DNA of 63,755 nt, filler included, from Chiloscyllium plagiosum (taxonomy: Eukaryota), in assembly GCF_004010195.1 (NCBI RefSeq). It is 7 parts of one record of this genome, joined end to end, with 100 filler letters (N's around TTAATTAATTAA, not from the genome) between each part and the next. Parts side by side here need not be neighbours in the genome. Positions count along the whole stretch, not along the records: positions 1 to 10,208 come from NC_057710.1; positions 10,309 to 27,137 come from NC_057710.1; 5 more parts are not named here. One strand, 5' to 3'. Position numbers and translations under genes: made by a program. The notes beneath the pieces are model-generated. The model saw only the letters and a list, made by a program, of their open reading frames with translations. It made no database searches and had not been told where the DNA came from. This document shows, piece by piece, positions 1-11,721 of this stretch. How positions within the stretch are numbered: the stretch's first letter is position 1; each line of letters begins with the position of its first letter.

Positions 1-330
1 GTGCTGTTTTCCAGTAGATGCTGGTTTGAAGTTCCCCATTGGCTGTTCGCTCCACTGTGACATCGGGGAATGGCAGTGTGTTGTTGTTTTCCTCCTGTTT
101 AGTGAATTTGATGCCAGTCAGGGTATTATTGATGGTCTTGAAGGTTTCCTCTCATTTGTTTCATTTACTGATGACAAAGGTGTCATCCACGTAGCGGACC
201 CAGAGTTTGGGTTGGCAGAGCAGTTTGTTCAGGGTCTCTGTATTACTGCCTTTGCTGAGAACCCTGATATCAGAGATCCCATGGGGGTTCTGTTGGTTTG
301 TCTGTAGGTTTTGTTGTTGAAGGTGAAGTG
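1..330 (-). mobile_element. Penelope-like element, reverse-transcriptase fragment
   Basis: Minus-strand ORF 161..370 ends QPKLWVRYVDDTFVI, the Penelope-type RT YVDD motif; degenerate. Confidence 0.8.
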
Positions 331-1132
331 GGTGGTAAGGCATAGGTCTGCTAGCTTCAAAAGAAACCATTGTAAGTTACTATTTAGGTAATAATTTCAG
401 TGACAAATGCTCAGCTTTCATGAAATCTGATGGGCTGTATAACAGACGGAATAGAATGGTATCTTGTTTGAATTCTGAAGTGAGTAGTCATTGGAATCAG
501 CTTCCGCTGATCTCCTGAGACTTTTCCTAATTTGATATGGACAGGGATTCTTTTCTCAGGACTTTCAACAAGTTGATAACTGAAGTCGGAGAGTAACGCA
601 GCATGGAAACAGGCCCTTCAGCCTGGACAATAACTCGAGAGAGCAAAACCAAACAAACCAGTTTCCAAAACAGCACTGCCTCCACCCAAACACCATACCA
701 AAACCTCTTCAACTTTGGTTTCTCTTTCTTTTTTGACATTCTTTGTGGTTGGCTGGCTCTCTGGATTGGCCAATCCAACATCCAATCAGCAGCCAGTCTC
801 TGAGTATACTGACATCTTGAACTGATTTGTCGACAGAATTCTTAACCTGCATTATCTTTCCAGGTCAGTTCCTCACAGTAAGCACCAGTCTTTTGTTCTC
901 TCCTTATTGTATTTTGTTCAGACTCAGTCTGTCGTCCACACAGATTGATTCACAACACCCAGTACCATAGAAGTGCAGAATACTATTTCTTTTCTCGACA
1001 AGCTTGGGCAATGGGAATGGGAAGCAAATCTAGGGAGCCAGCAACGTCTATGAACAAATGAGAAACGTTTCTGCCTATATGTATGTCATCTTTACTGTAC
1101 CAATGCTATGCGTTGTTTTGTTTTCTGTGCAG

Positions 1133-1209
1133 TGGAGCCAACCAGATAACATCAGCATTTCAGTGGAGTTAGATAGAGTCGAAGTAATTCTGGATCTCAA
1201 AAAGAATAT
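1133..1209 (+). CDS. Internal exon of an ADAM-family gene (prodomain; ADAM12/15/19/33-like)
   Basis: ttttgttttctgtgcAG|...|GTgagt; 77 nt, phase 0 to 2; the only open frame is WSQPDNISISVELDRVEVILDLKKN, which matches the ADAM prodomain pattern P-x-x-l-x-i-x-l-e-x-x-g-x-x-x-I-L-x-L-x-x-N. Confidence 0.8.
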
Positions 1210-1651
1210 GTGAGTAGATCTTGCTTTTTATTAGAAGCAACATGGAACAGTTATACCCACATTTTGAGCCAATATCACTCTGACCTACAAGTGGATGGTA
1301 GATGAGCATTTTCTATTGAAATATTAAATGGCGGTGTAGCCTTCTGAAAATGTTCATAGCAGAGAACACTTCACTCTGTATCTAATCTGTGTTGGTGTTA
1401 TATGCTTTGGAAGTGCTTGAAAAGATACTACAACCTGTACTGTATTCAGGGATATCGACCAAAGGCAGGCATATGGAGCTCGGTCAGAGAGCAGCCATGA
1501 TCTCATTGAATGACAGAATTACCATTGACTCCACAACATTGAATGGCAGAACAGGGAATGGCCTTTTCCTGTTCCTATGTTCTCATCCTGTGGGGGCATG
1601 ATGGGATAATGTATTCCAGAATCAGAGCAAGAACCATCTGAATTGTAGGTA

Positions 1652-1905
1652 AAAACACAAAGAACTGCAGATGCTATAAATCAGAAACAAAACAGAAATT
1701 ATTGGAAAGGTCAGCAGCTCTGGCAGCAGCTTTAGAGAGAAATCAGAGTTAACGTTTCTGGTCGAGTGACCCTTCCTCAGAACTGATAGTAGCTAGGAAA
1801 ATGCAGAAGATAGGGTTGGGGAATGGGGATAAGGATTAAACGATAGATGGGGATAGAGTCCAAAGAGAGAGAGAGGAGCAGTTAGACAGACAGAGGAATG
1901 GTAAC
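1652..1905 (-). mobile_element. Penelope terminal-repeat fragment (family A) carrying a hammerhead motif
   Basis: Same sequence family as 9265-9483 and 35910-35995; contains the motif at 1747-1784. Confidence 0.7.
1747..1784 (-). ncRNA. Minimal hammerhead ribozyme motif, family A
   Basis: Minus strand AGTT-CTGAGGA-A-GGGTC-ACTC-GACCA-GAAAC-GTT-AACT: core boxes present, stem II with one basal mismatch, 4-bp stem I (AGUU/AACU). Confidence 0.7.
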
Positions 1906-2004
1906 AAGAGTCCTATCCCCATGCTACAGAACATTTTGCCCACCTCCAACTCTCTTCCTCCACCTTGACCCTTCCTTGGCCTTTTACCCGCACTTGACAA
2001 ACCT

Positions 2005-3726
2005 TATATGCCTCACAAATCTTATTGAGTTCTTTGAGAAGGTGACCAAACAGGTGGATGAGGGTAAAGCGGTTGATGTGGTGTATATGGATTTCAGTAA
2101 GGCATTTGATAAGGTTCCCCACGGTAGGCAATTGCACAAAATACAAGGGCATGGGATTGAAGGTGATTTAGTGGTTTGGATCAGAAGTTGGTGAGCTGAA
2201 AGAAGGCAGAGGGTGGTGGTTGATGGTAAATATTCATCCTGGAGTTCAGTTACTAGTGGTGCACTGCAAGGATCTGTTTTGGAGCTACTGCTGTTTGCCA
2301 TTTTTCTCAATTATCTGGATGAGGGCATAGAAGGATGGGTTAGTAAATTTGCAGATGACACTGAGGTAGGTACAGTTGTGGATAGTGCTGAAGGATGTTG
2401 CAGGTTACAGAGGGACATAGATAAGCTGCAGAGCTGGGCTGAGAGATGGCAAATGGAGTTTAATGTGGAACAGTGTGAAGTGATTCACTTTGAAAGGAGT
2501 AACAGGAATGCAGAGTTCTGGGCTAATGGTAAGATTCTTGGTTGTATGGATGAGCAGAGAAATCTCAGCATTCATGTCCATAGATCCCTGAAAGTTGCCA
2601 CCCAGGTTGATAGGGTGGTTAAGAAGACATACGTTGTGTTAGCTTTTATTAGTAGAGGGATTGAGTTTCGGAAACATGCTGCAGCTTTACAAAACTCTGG
2701 TGCAGCTGCACTTGGAGTATTGCGTACAGTTCTTGTTACCGCATTATAGGAAGGGTGTGGAAACTCTGGAAAGGGTTCAGAGGAGATTTATTAGGATGTT
2801 GCCTGGTATGGAGGGAAGGTCTTACGAGGAAAGATTGAGGCACTTGAGGCTGTTTTTGTTAGAGAGAAGAAGATTGAGAGGTGACTTAATTGAGACGTAT
2901 AAGATAATCAGAGGGTTAGATAGGGTGGACAGTGAGAGCCTTTTTCTTCGGATGGTGATGGCTACATGAGGGGACATAGCTTTAAATTGAGGAGTGATAG
3001 ATATAGGACAGATATCAGATATAGTTTCTTTACTCAGAGAGTAGCAGGGCGTGGAAGGCACTGCCAGCAACAGTTGTGGACTCGCCAACCTTAAGGGCAT
3101 TTAAGTGATCTTTGGATAGACTTATAAAACATAGAACATTACAGCACAGTACAAGTCCTTCGGCCCTCGATGTTGCGCCGATCTGTGAAAAAAATCTAAC
3201 CTACAGTGTTACATTATTATCCATACGAATGATAAATGCCCATTTAAATGCCCTTAACATCATTTAAATTGAGAGGTGTTAGAGATAGGACAGGTGTTAG
3301 AGATAGGACAGATGTCAGAGGGAGTTTCTTTACTCAGGGGTGTGGAACGTGCTGCCTGCCTGTAACAGTAGTAGACTCACCAACTTTAAGGGCAGTTAAA
3401 TGTTTATTGGTTAGGCATATGGATGAGGAGAAAGTGAGGACTGCAGGTGCTGGAGATCAGAACTTAAAAATGTGTTGCTGGAAAAGTGCAGCAGGTCAAG
3501 CAGCATCAAAGGAGCTGGAGAATCGACATTTCGGGCATAAGCCCTTCTTCAGGAATGAGGAGGGTGTGCCAAGCAGGCTAAGATAATCTGCTTTACCAGC
3601 AACATTTTTGGGCGTATGGATGATAATGGAATAGTGTGGGTTAGATGGGCTTCAGATTGGTTCCACAGGTCAGCGCAACATCCAGGACGTGAAAGGCCTT
3701 TTTTGCGCTGTAAAGATCTATATTCT
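2005..3726 (+). mobile_element. CR1/L3 (HER1-like) LINE, RT to 3' end, with an inverted tail piece (3127-3257) and a partly repeated 3' end
   Basis: ORFs with CLTNLIEFFE..DVVYMDFSKAFDKVPH, SKFADD and LEYCVQF..LERRRLRGDLIE; contains stops and frameshifts. Confidence 0.95.
3427..3610 (-). mobile_element. Short Penelope-derived insert (family B, hammerhead at about 3520-3557) in the CR1 3' UTR
   Basis: Flanked by ggcatatggatga / ggcgtatggatga (13-bp TSD); minus strand reads CTGAAGA-A-GGGC-TTAT-GCCC-GAAAT-GTC. Confidence 0.75.
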
Positions 3727-3729
3727 TGA

Positions 3730-4770
3730 CCTGTTCATTGAGAACTGGCAACATGATGTAGGTTGCCTCAATTTCTCTCTCCTCACCCCTCACCCCAATC
3801 TTCCCTTCCAACCTACCATTGTGGAAACTGACTACACTCCATGCTCTTAGATCCAACCCCTGACTGTTATTAAGCCTGTTGATAAGGGTGGTGTTGTTGT
3901 CTGGTCGCTCGACATCTGCATTGCAGAGACTGAGTGCTAGCTATCTGATACCTTCTCCTATCTTCTCCTGGTCTATGACTCCACCATGGAACATCAGGCC
4001 ATTACGTCAACTACAGTCATCAGCCTCATTTCATCCGGTGATCTCCACCTCCTGTCCCTGCCTCAACCCTTACCCCACACTGCCTCCAAGCTGATAGTGC
4101 CCCAACCATGCACAGCTCACTTCTACCTCTTTCATAAAATACAGTGTAGTGGGCGGCATGGTGGCTCAGTGGTTAGCACTGCTGCCTCACAGTGCCGGGG
4201 ACCCGGGTTCGATTGTAGTCTCGGGTGACTGTCTGCGTGGAGTTGAATGTTCTCCCCATGTCTGCATGGGTTTCCTCCAGTTGCTCCGATTTCTTCCCAC
4301 AGTCCAAAGATGTGCAGATTAGTTCAATTGGCCATGTTAAGTTGCCCATAGGGATTTGTAGGTTAGGTGCATTAGTCAGGGGCAAATATAGGGTAGGGGA
4401 ATGGGTCTGGGTGGGTTACCCTTCGGCTATGCTAAGGGCCTGTTTCCACACTGTAGGGATTCTGATTCTGATTCTAATTCTAATTCACCCAAAATGTTTC
4501 TGCCTGTTCCTGCCCCACTATAACTCATCTCTTCTGATCTTTTCTTAGTCTTTTCTCTCCTGGTCCAGTCCCTGCCCATTTACATCCACAATTCCTCAGA
4601 CGCTTTATGGCAGTTTCGGAATTTCCACTTTGCAGGCTCCAGCTGCTGCCTCTTTCCCATGAGGTGTGGAGGTGCAATCCCTTTACATCCATCCCCCACC
4701 AGGATGGTCTCAGGACTCTCTGCTTCTTCCTGGAACAAAGGTTTGAACTGACCCATCTACCACACACCCT
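3730..4770 (+). mobile_element. Penelope-like RT fragment, interrupted by an HE1 SINE
   Basis: Degenerate IKPxDKGGxVVW and FTSIPHQDGL motifs typical of the Penelope RT. Confidence 0.75.
4151..4486 (+). mobile_element. HE1-type tRNA-derived V-SINE
   Basis: A box tggctcagtggttagc, B box gggttcgatt, V-domain core gggtttcctcc, CR1-like tail ending in (attct)n. Confidence 0.9.
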
Positions 4771-4890
4771 TCTCACCATCATGTACACCTCTATCAGGTC
4801 ACCTCTCATCCTTCTTCACTCCAACGAGAAACCCCTAGCTCCCTCAACCTTTCTTCGTAAGACATGCCCTCCAGTCCAGGCAGCATCCTG

Positions 4891-5390
4891 NNNNNNNNNN
4901 NNNNNNNNNNNNNNNNNNNNNNNNNNNNNNNNNNNNNNNNNNNNNNNNNNNNNNNNNNNNNNNNNNNNNNNNNNNNNNNNNNNNNNNNNNNNNNNNNNNN
5001 NNNNNNNNNNNNNNNNNNNNNNNNNNNNNNNNNNNNNNNNNNNNNNNNNNNNNNNNNNNNNNNNNNNNNNNNNNNNNNNNNNNNNNNNNNNNNNNNNNNN
5101 NNNNNNNNNNNNNNNNNNNNNNNNNNNNNNNNNNNNNNNNNNNNNNNNNNNNNNNNNNNNNNNNNNNNNNNNNNNNNNNNNNNNNNNNNNNNNNNNNNNN
5201 NNNNNNNNNNNNNNNNNNNNNNNNNNNNNNNNNNNNNNNNNNNNNNNNNNNNNNNNNNNNNNNNNNNNNNNNNNNNNNNNNNNNNNNNNNNNNNNNNNNN
5301 NNNNNNNNNNNNNNNNNNNNNNNNNNNNNNNNNNNNNNNNNNNNNNNNNNNNNNNNNNNNNNNNNNNNNNNNNNNNNNNNNNNNNNNNNN
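4891..5390. other. Assembly gap (500 N)
   Basis: Run of N. Confidence 1.
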
Positions 5391-5614
5391 TCTTGTAGGT
5401 GGAATTTGATTGAATGTGGTCTAAAGAGTGTGCCTTTTTATTTTCCTGTATTTTGACTGTGAACTGAAATGGAAAACCAATGAATGTGGAAAGAATTCCT
5501 GTACTTTTGAAAAGTAAGTGACCTGACTGTCATTGTAAGTGCTGTTTATACAGCTGCTGGTTCAAACAGTGTATGGGCTGGAGCATGGGGACGTCTACAA
5601 GAGGGATTTGGCCA

Positions 5615-6050
5615 GCATAAGACCATAAGACAGAGAAACAGAAATTAGACTATTCGGCCCATCGAATCTGCTCTGCTATTCAATCATGGCTGATGGGTTT
5701 TATCAACCTCATTTTCCTGCTTTCTCCCAGTAACCCACGATCCCCTTGGTAATCAAGAACTTGTCTATTTCTGTTTTCAATATACTCAACGACCTGGGCT
5801 CCACAGCCTTCTGTGACAATGAATTCCACAGGTTTATCACTCTCTGGCTAAAGACATTTCTCCATATCTCGGGTTTAGAGGGTCTTCCCTTTACTCTAAG
5901 GCTGTTCCCTCAGCTCCTCATCTCTCCTGCCAAAGGAAGCCCCTTCCTAATGTCCTCTGTGACCAGGCTGCTCAGTATTCTGTAAGATTTAATCAGATTC
6001 CTCCCCTCTGATCCTTCTAAACTCCATCAAGTTGAGTCCTGGAGTCCTCA
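5615..6050 (-). mobile_element. Old CR1 3' end
   Basis: (cataagac)n tail followed by the CR1 3' UTR and ORF2 end on the minus strand. Confidence 0.75.
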
Positions 6051-6124
6051 ACATGTAACGGATTAATCTGTGGAAGGGTGGGTAGTTATTGATTTAAAAA
6101 GCTTTCTACCCATTGGTACTTACA

Positions 6125-6420
6125 GGAAGGTGACGGCCTAACCATGTTATTGTTAGACTATTAATGTTGAGATTCTGGTATTGTTCCAGGGACATGAGTT
6201 CAAATTTGGCCATCATGGATAGTGGAATTTGCAATTCAGTGAAAACCAAGAATAAAATTCTGCTGATGACTTTTTTTAATTATACAATTCCATGTAACAT
6301 CCTTTCTGTTTCCTTACACGGTCTGGCGTACCTGTGACTCCAGGCCCATAACAATTTAATTGACACTTAACTGCCCTGTGGGCAAGTATGGGTAGGCCCA
6401 GTCAGCAATGCCCATATCCA
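6125..6420 (+). mobile_element. Degenerate tRNA-headed SINE (not HE1)
   Basis: B-box-like gagttcaaat, core ggtctggcgtacctgtgactccag, and a 3' tail resembling 44860-44930. Confidence 0.55.
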
Positions 6421-6904
6421 GTAAAAAGCAAGTTTATTTTCCCTCACCTGTTGCTGCAATAGGCTGTGGCTTTTACTGAATAAAGCACAGACTTTATAAG
6501 TTGTGAACCAGCTGCTCTGTGCCTGCTGCAGCAAGTGAAAGTTCCCGGAGAGGGAAGATCAACAATAAACAAACTCTGACAAACCAAAGCAATCATCTCT
6601 GTGAACTCTGGGGACAGGGACCAATGAACAGGTTTACCCTCCACTTTTTTTTGTTGTGTCTATTTGCGTGCACGGGGAGAGTTTTTGAGGTTAGAGTTTT
6701 AACTCATATAGTTAAATGTCGATAATTCATAATTGTCTCTTTCTAATTGGAACTGATTACTGTCTATGATAAATAGTAATTAATGTTAAGGAGAGAAACC
6801 ACTCCGTACTTTCTGTCAACCTGGGTCAAACAGACAAGACCAACAGGTAAAATGGAATTTGGAATACTTGATAAAATGATCAGCATTTGTGAGAAGTGCA
6901 GTTG

Positions 6905-8530
6905 TTGCAGGTTCAGCGATTTAGATGTTTCAGTAAGAACACAGAAGATGGTAAAAGAGGGGGAGGTGTGGCATTGTTAGTCAAGGACAGTATTATGGTA
7001 GCAGAAAGGACATTTGAGGACTTGTCCACTGAAGTAGTATGGACTGAGGTTAGAAACAGGACAGGAGAGGTCACCCTTTTGGGAGTTTCCAAATATTGAC
7101 CGGAAATACTATGGGCTGAGTAATTTAGATAGGTCAATTTTTGGCCATTGTGTACAGGAGGGATTCCTGACACAGTATGTCAAAGGGCTGACAAAAGGGG
7201 AGGTCACACTGGATCTGGTGCTTGGTAATGAATCACGCTGGGTGTTTGATTTAGTGAAGGTGAGCACTTTGGAGAGAGTGACCATAATTCGTTTACATTT
7301 AGTTTAGCGATGGAAAGGGATAGGAACATGCCACAGGGCAAGAGTTATCGATGGGGCAAGGGCAATTATAAAGCGATTAGGCAAGACTTAGGAAGCAGAG
7401 AATTGGATAGCAAAATGTAGGGGATGGGGACATTCGAAATGTGGATTTGGTTTAAGGAACAGATATTACGTTTCTTTGTGAGGTACGTCCCTGTCAGGCA
7501 GGGAGGAAGTGCTAAGGTAAGGGAACAGTGGTTTACTACAGAAATTGCATCTCTTGTTAAGCAGAAGAAGGAGGCTTATGTGATGTTGAGACGAGATGAT
7601 TCAGATGAGGCAATGGAGAGGTACAGAGTAGCGAGGAAGGATTTAAAAAGAGAGTTAAAAAGAGCAAGGAGGGGACCGGAGCAATCTTTAGCAGGTAGAA
7701 TAAAGGAGAAGTCTAAAGCTTTCTATGTGTATGTGAAGAATAACAGGATGATGAGGGGAGGAATAGGGCCAGTCAAAGACAGAAGTAGAAAGCTATGTGT
7801 GGACCCTGTGGAGATCGGAGAGGTGCTAAAGGAATATTTCTCATCGGTTTTCACTCAGGAAAGGGAGAATATTGTAGAGGAGAAGACTGAGGTCCTGGCT
7901 ATTAGACGAGAAAGGATTGAGATTAGTAAGGAGGTGGTGTTATCAATTCTGGAAAGTGTGAAAGCAGACAAGTCCTCTGGGCCGGGGGGATTTATCCAAG
8001 GATTCTCTGGGAAGTTAGAGAGAGATGTTGGAGCCTTTGGCCTTGATCTTTGAGTGGTCATTGTCTACATGTTTAGTACCAGAAGACTGGAGGATTGCAA
8101 ATGTTGTGCCCTTATTCAAGAAGGGCAGTAGAGATAACCCAGGTAATTATAGACAATATAATAGACAATAGACAATAGGTGCAGGAGTAGGCCATTCTGC
8201 CCTTCGAGCCTGCACCACCATTCAATATGATCATGGCTGATCATTCTTAATCAGTATCCTGTTTCTGCCTTATCTCCATAACCCTTGATTCCACTATCTT
8301 TGAGAGCTCTATCCAACTCATTATTAAATGAAACCAGAGACTGGGCCTCCACTGCCCTCTGAGGAAGAGCATTCCACACAGCCACCTCATCTCTGTCCTA
8401 AATGGCCTACTCCGTATTTTTAAGCTGTGTCCTCTGGTTCGGTAGACCCGTGAGCCTTACATCTGTTGTAGGAAAGGTTTTAGAGAGGATTAGAAGAGAC
8501 AAAATGTATAATTATCTAGCCAGCAACAAT
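6905..8530 (+). mobile_element. CR1 LINE ORF2 (endonuclease to start of RT) with a nested minus-strand CR1 tail at about 8152-8440
   Basis: GKRGGGVALLVK; ORF 7424..8053 (KAFYVYVKN..GEVLKEYFSSVFT); ANVVPLFKKG..NYRP. Confidence 0.9.
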
Positions 8531-8654
8531 TTGTTGTTTCTGTGCTGTATGACTGTCTGACAAGAGAGTTTGCAAGACACTGTTGAAATTTTGTTTGCTG
8601 TCAATATATTAAACTCTGCATTGCTTTAATGCTGTTTCAAATTCTTCAACATCC

Positions 8655-9200
8655 TGTCATAGTCACATTAACGAAATCATACCTCACAGACAATGTCCCA
8701 GACCCCACCATCACCATCCCTGGACATGCCCTGTCCCACCGGCAGGACAGACCCAACAGAGGGGCAGCATAGTGGATACAGTTGGGAGGGAGTTGCCCTG
8801 GGAGTCTTCAACATTGACTCCAGACCCCATGAAGTCTCATAGCTTCAGGTTAGACATGAGCAAGGAAACCCCCTGCTGATTACCACGTACCGCCCTCCCT
8901 TGGCTGATGAATCATTACCCCTCCATGTTGAACAACACTCAGAGGAAGCACTGAGGGTGACAAGGTCACAGAATGTACTCTGGGTGGGGGATTTCAATGT
9001 CCTACCACCAAGAGTGGCTCAGCAGCAGCATTACTGATCGAGCTGGTCGGGTCCTAAAGGACATCGCTTCTAGACTGGGTCTGCGGCAGGTGGAGAGGGA
9101 ACCAACAAGAGGGAAAACCATACTGACCTCATCCTCACCAATCTGTCGGCTGCAGGTGTATCTGACCATGACAGTATTGGTGAGAGTAACCACTGCACAT
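8655..9200 (+). mobile_element. APE-endonuclease fragment of a second CR1/L2-group LINE family
   Basis: Degenerate RQDRPNRG, YRPPL, WVGDFNV and EPTRGK..DLILTN endonuclease motifs; probably the same family as 23262-24605. Confidence 0.75.
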
Positions 9201-9264
9201 GTTGAAGGTGCGAGATTGAGCAAGCTGTCAGCCTCCTAGACTGAGGCCTACAGAGCAGCAAGGT

Positions 9265-9483
9265 ACAAAAACAGAAATTGCTGGAAAAGCTCAGCAGGTC
9301 TGGCAGCATCTGGAAAGAAAAATCAGAGTTAACATTTCAGGTCGAATGACCCTTCCTCAGAATTGATGGTAGCTGGGAAAATATTGGTTTATATGCAGCA
9401 CATGGGGTGGGGTGAAGATCTAAAGAGTAAACGCTGGGTAGCAATAGAGCTCAAAGGGAGACAAGAGCAATTAGACAGACAAA
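9265..9483 (-). mobile_element. Penelope terminal-repeat fragment (family A, degenerate hammerhead at about 9327-9364)
   Basis: Homologous to 1652-1905. Confidence 0.7.
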
Positions 9484-9484
9484 G

Positions 9485-9990
9485 CAATCGAGTTTAAGAG
9501 CCGTGAGGTTTTGCTGCAGCTCTACAAGTCCCTGGTGAGACCACACTTGGAATATTGTGTCCAGTTCTGGTCACCCTACTATAGGAAAGATACAGAGGCT
9601 TTGGAGAGGGTGCAAAGAAGGTTTTCCAGGATGCTGCCTGGACTGGAGGGCTTGCCTTGTGAAGAAAGGTTGAATAAGCTTGGACTTTTCTCTCTGGAGA
9701 GGAGGAAGAGAGGTGACCTGATCAAGATGTACAAAATAATGAGAGGAATAGATAGAGTCAATAGACAGAGACTTTTCCCCAGGGCAGGATTGACTGGTAC
9801 AAGATATTAGGAGGAAGGTATAAAGGAGACGTTAGAGGTAGGTCCTTTACGCAGAGAGTTGTGAATGCATGGAATGCTTTGCCAGCTGTGGTGGTGGAAG
9901 CAGAGTCATTGGAGACATTGAAGCAACTGTTGGACATGCACATGGAGAGCAATGAGTTGGGGGGTGTGTAGGTTAAGTTACTATATTTTA
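9485..9990 (+). mobile_element. CR1 LINE 3' fragment
   Basis: ORF 9511..9810 LYKSLVRPHLEYCVQFWSP. Confidence 0.9.
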
Positions 9991-10208
9991 CTGTTGTGGT
10001 TCTGTTCTCCGAGCTGGGAATTTGTGTCACAGATGTTTCGTACCCTGTCTAGGTGACATCCTCAGTGCTTGGGAGCCTCCTGTGAAGCGCTTCTGTGATC
10101 TTTCCTCCGGCATTTATAGTGGCCTGTCCCTGCCGCTTCCGGTTGTCAGTTCCAGCTGCCCGCTGCAGTGGCCGGTATATTGGGTCCAGGTCGATGTGCT
10201 TATTGATT
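9990..10208 (-). mobile_element. Penelope terminal repeat (family D) with a hammerhead motif at 10029-10068
   Basis: Closely similar to 56035-56255; minus strand GCA-CTGAGGA-T-GTCACCT-AGAC-AGGGTAC-GAAAC-ATC-TGT. Confidence 0.8.
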
Positions 10209-10308
10209 NNNNNNNNNNNNNNNNNNNNNNNNNNNNNNNNNNNNNNNNNNNNTTAATTAATTAANNNNNNNNNNNNNNNNNNNNNNNNNNNNNNNNNNNN
10301 NNNNNNNN
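10209..10308. other. Artificial contig spacer N44-TTAATTAATTAA-N44 (also 27138-27237, 29895-29994, 50951-51050, 56860-56959, 60304-60403)
   Basis: Six identical 100-bp blocks; TTAATTAATTAA gives stop codons in all six frames. Confidence 0.97.
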
Positions 10309-11143
10309 TGCTCACTCTCAGAGGGGAAAGATGTGCTCACACTCAGAGAAGAAGGAATTGCTCACACTCAGAGGTGAAGTGTGTGCTCACACACAGATGT
10401 TAAAGATGTGCTCACACTCAGAGGGCTCACACTCAGAGGTGAAGAGTGTGATCACACCGATGCGAAGGATGTGATCACACTCAGAGGGGAAGTGTGTGAT
10501 CATACTCAGAGAGGAAGGATGTGCTCACACACAGATGTGAAGGATATGCTCACACTCAGAGGTGAAGGATATGCTCACACTCAGAGCTGAATGATTTGCT
10601 CACAGACAGAGGTGAGGGATGTGCTCACTCTCAGAGGTGAGTGATGTGCTCACTCTTGGGGGGGAAGGATGTACTCACATTCAGAGGGGAAGGACATGCT
10701 CACACTCAGAGATGAAGTGTGTGCTCACACTCAGAAGTGAAGGCTGTGCTCACACTCAGAGGTGAAGGATGTCCTCACACTCAGAGGTGAAGGCTGTGCT
10801 CATACTCAGAGGTGAAGGTCACACTCACACTCAGAGCTGAAGGATGTGCTCACTCTCAGAGGTGAAGGATGTGCTCACATTCAGAGGTGAAGCGTGTGCT
10901 CACACTCAGAGATGAAGGGTGTGCTCACACTCAGAGGTGAATGATGTCCTCACACTCAGAGGTGAAGGCTGTGCTCACACTCAGAAGTGAACAATGTGCT
11001 CACATTCAGAGATGAAGCGTGAACTCACACTCAGAGGTGAAGGATGTGCTCACACTCAGAGGTGAGGTGTGTGCTCACACTCAGAGGTAAGAGATGTGCT
11101 CACACTCAGAGGCGAAGCATGCGCTAACACTCAGAGGGGAAGT
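10309..11143 (+). repeat. 25-bp minisatellite, consensus GTGCTCACACTCAGAGGTGAAGGAT, about 33 diverged copies
   Basis: 25-nt period seen directly (units at 10748, 10773, 10798). Confidence 0.95.
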
Positions 11144-11721
11144 GTTGGTGTTGTATGAATGAAGAGGTAATAAAAGAATGCTCCTTTGATTAACCAAGAC
11201 CCATAGTTTATTGGTCACTCCACCTTCCTGACCATCTATAAACATTCGAATTACAGACAGTCTACAATGATGCCTCTGCAAGATCCTGAAAGCCCAGTGG
11301 GAGGATGGGTATTGCAATATCAGTGTTTTCTCTCTCAGGCCAACCTCGCCAGCATTAAGACCCTGGTTCCAGTCACTTAGACCCCTTTGTCCATATACCT
11401 CAGCAACAGTTGACCAAAATAAGCTCTGTATTCCGAGCTTCATCACAGCCGGGGAGCAGAGAAATGCATCTCGGACATTTTCAAAGCTTCATGACAATCA
11501 TTTACCAAAGATCCCCCAAAACTCGAGCAGAAGTGTCTGTAAAGGTGGCCACCACATTGAGCAGCTGTGCTGAACCCTGCTGGAAATGAGGCCAAACAGC
11601 AGAAGGAAGATGTGAGAACCCAAAGCTGCTGCCCAGCTGAGAGTTCCAGGGCCAGCAGGCTGTGTGTATCCAGCACAGAACCCACAGCAGTGGAGTAACA
11701 GAAAGGAGAATGGATACTCAC

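Noticed and set aside
4151..4225. tRNA genes at HE1 heads (also 49430 and 53431)
   Set aside because: The A and B boxes run straight into the V-SINE core and LINE tail; these are SINE heads, not tRNA genes.
5399..5513. Possible exon (tgtAG ... GTaagt)
   Set aside because: Stop codons in all three frames and no ADAM similarity.
10253..10264. Recurrent TTAATTAATTAA palindrome (six copies) as a regulatory or recombination motif
   Set aside because: Always centred in exactly 44+44 N; it is a synthetic six-frame-stop contig linker.
11339..11545. Plus-strand acceptor ttttctctctcAG followed by one open frame
   Set aside because: No recognisable protein motif, weak donor, and antisense to the well-supported exon on the same contig.
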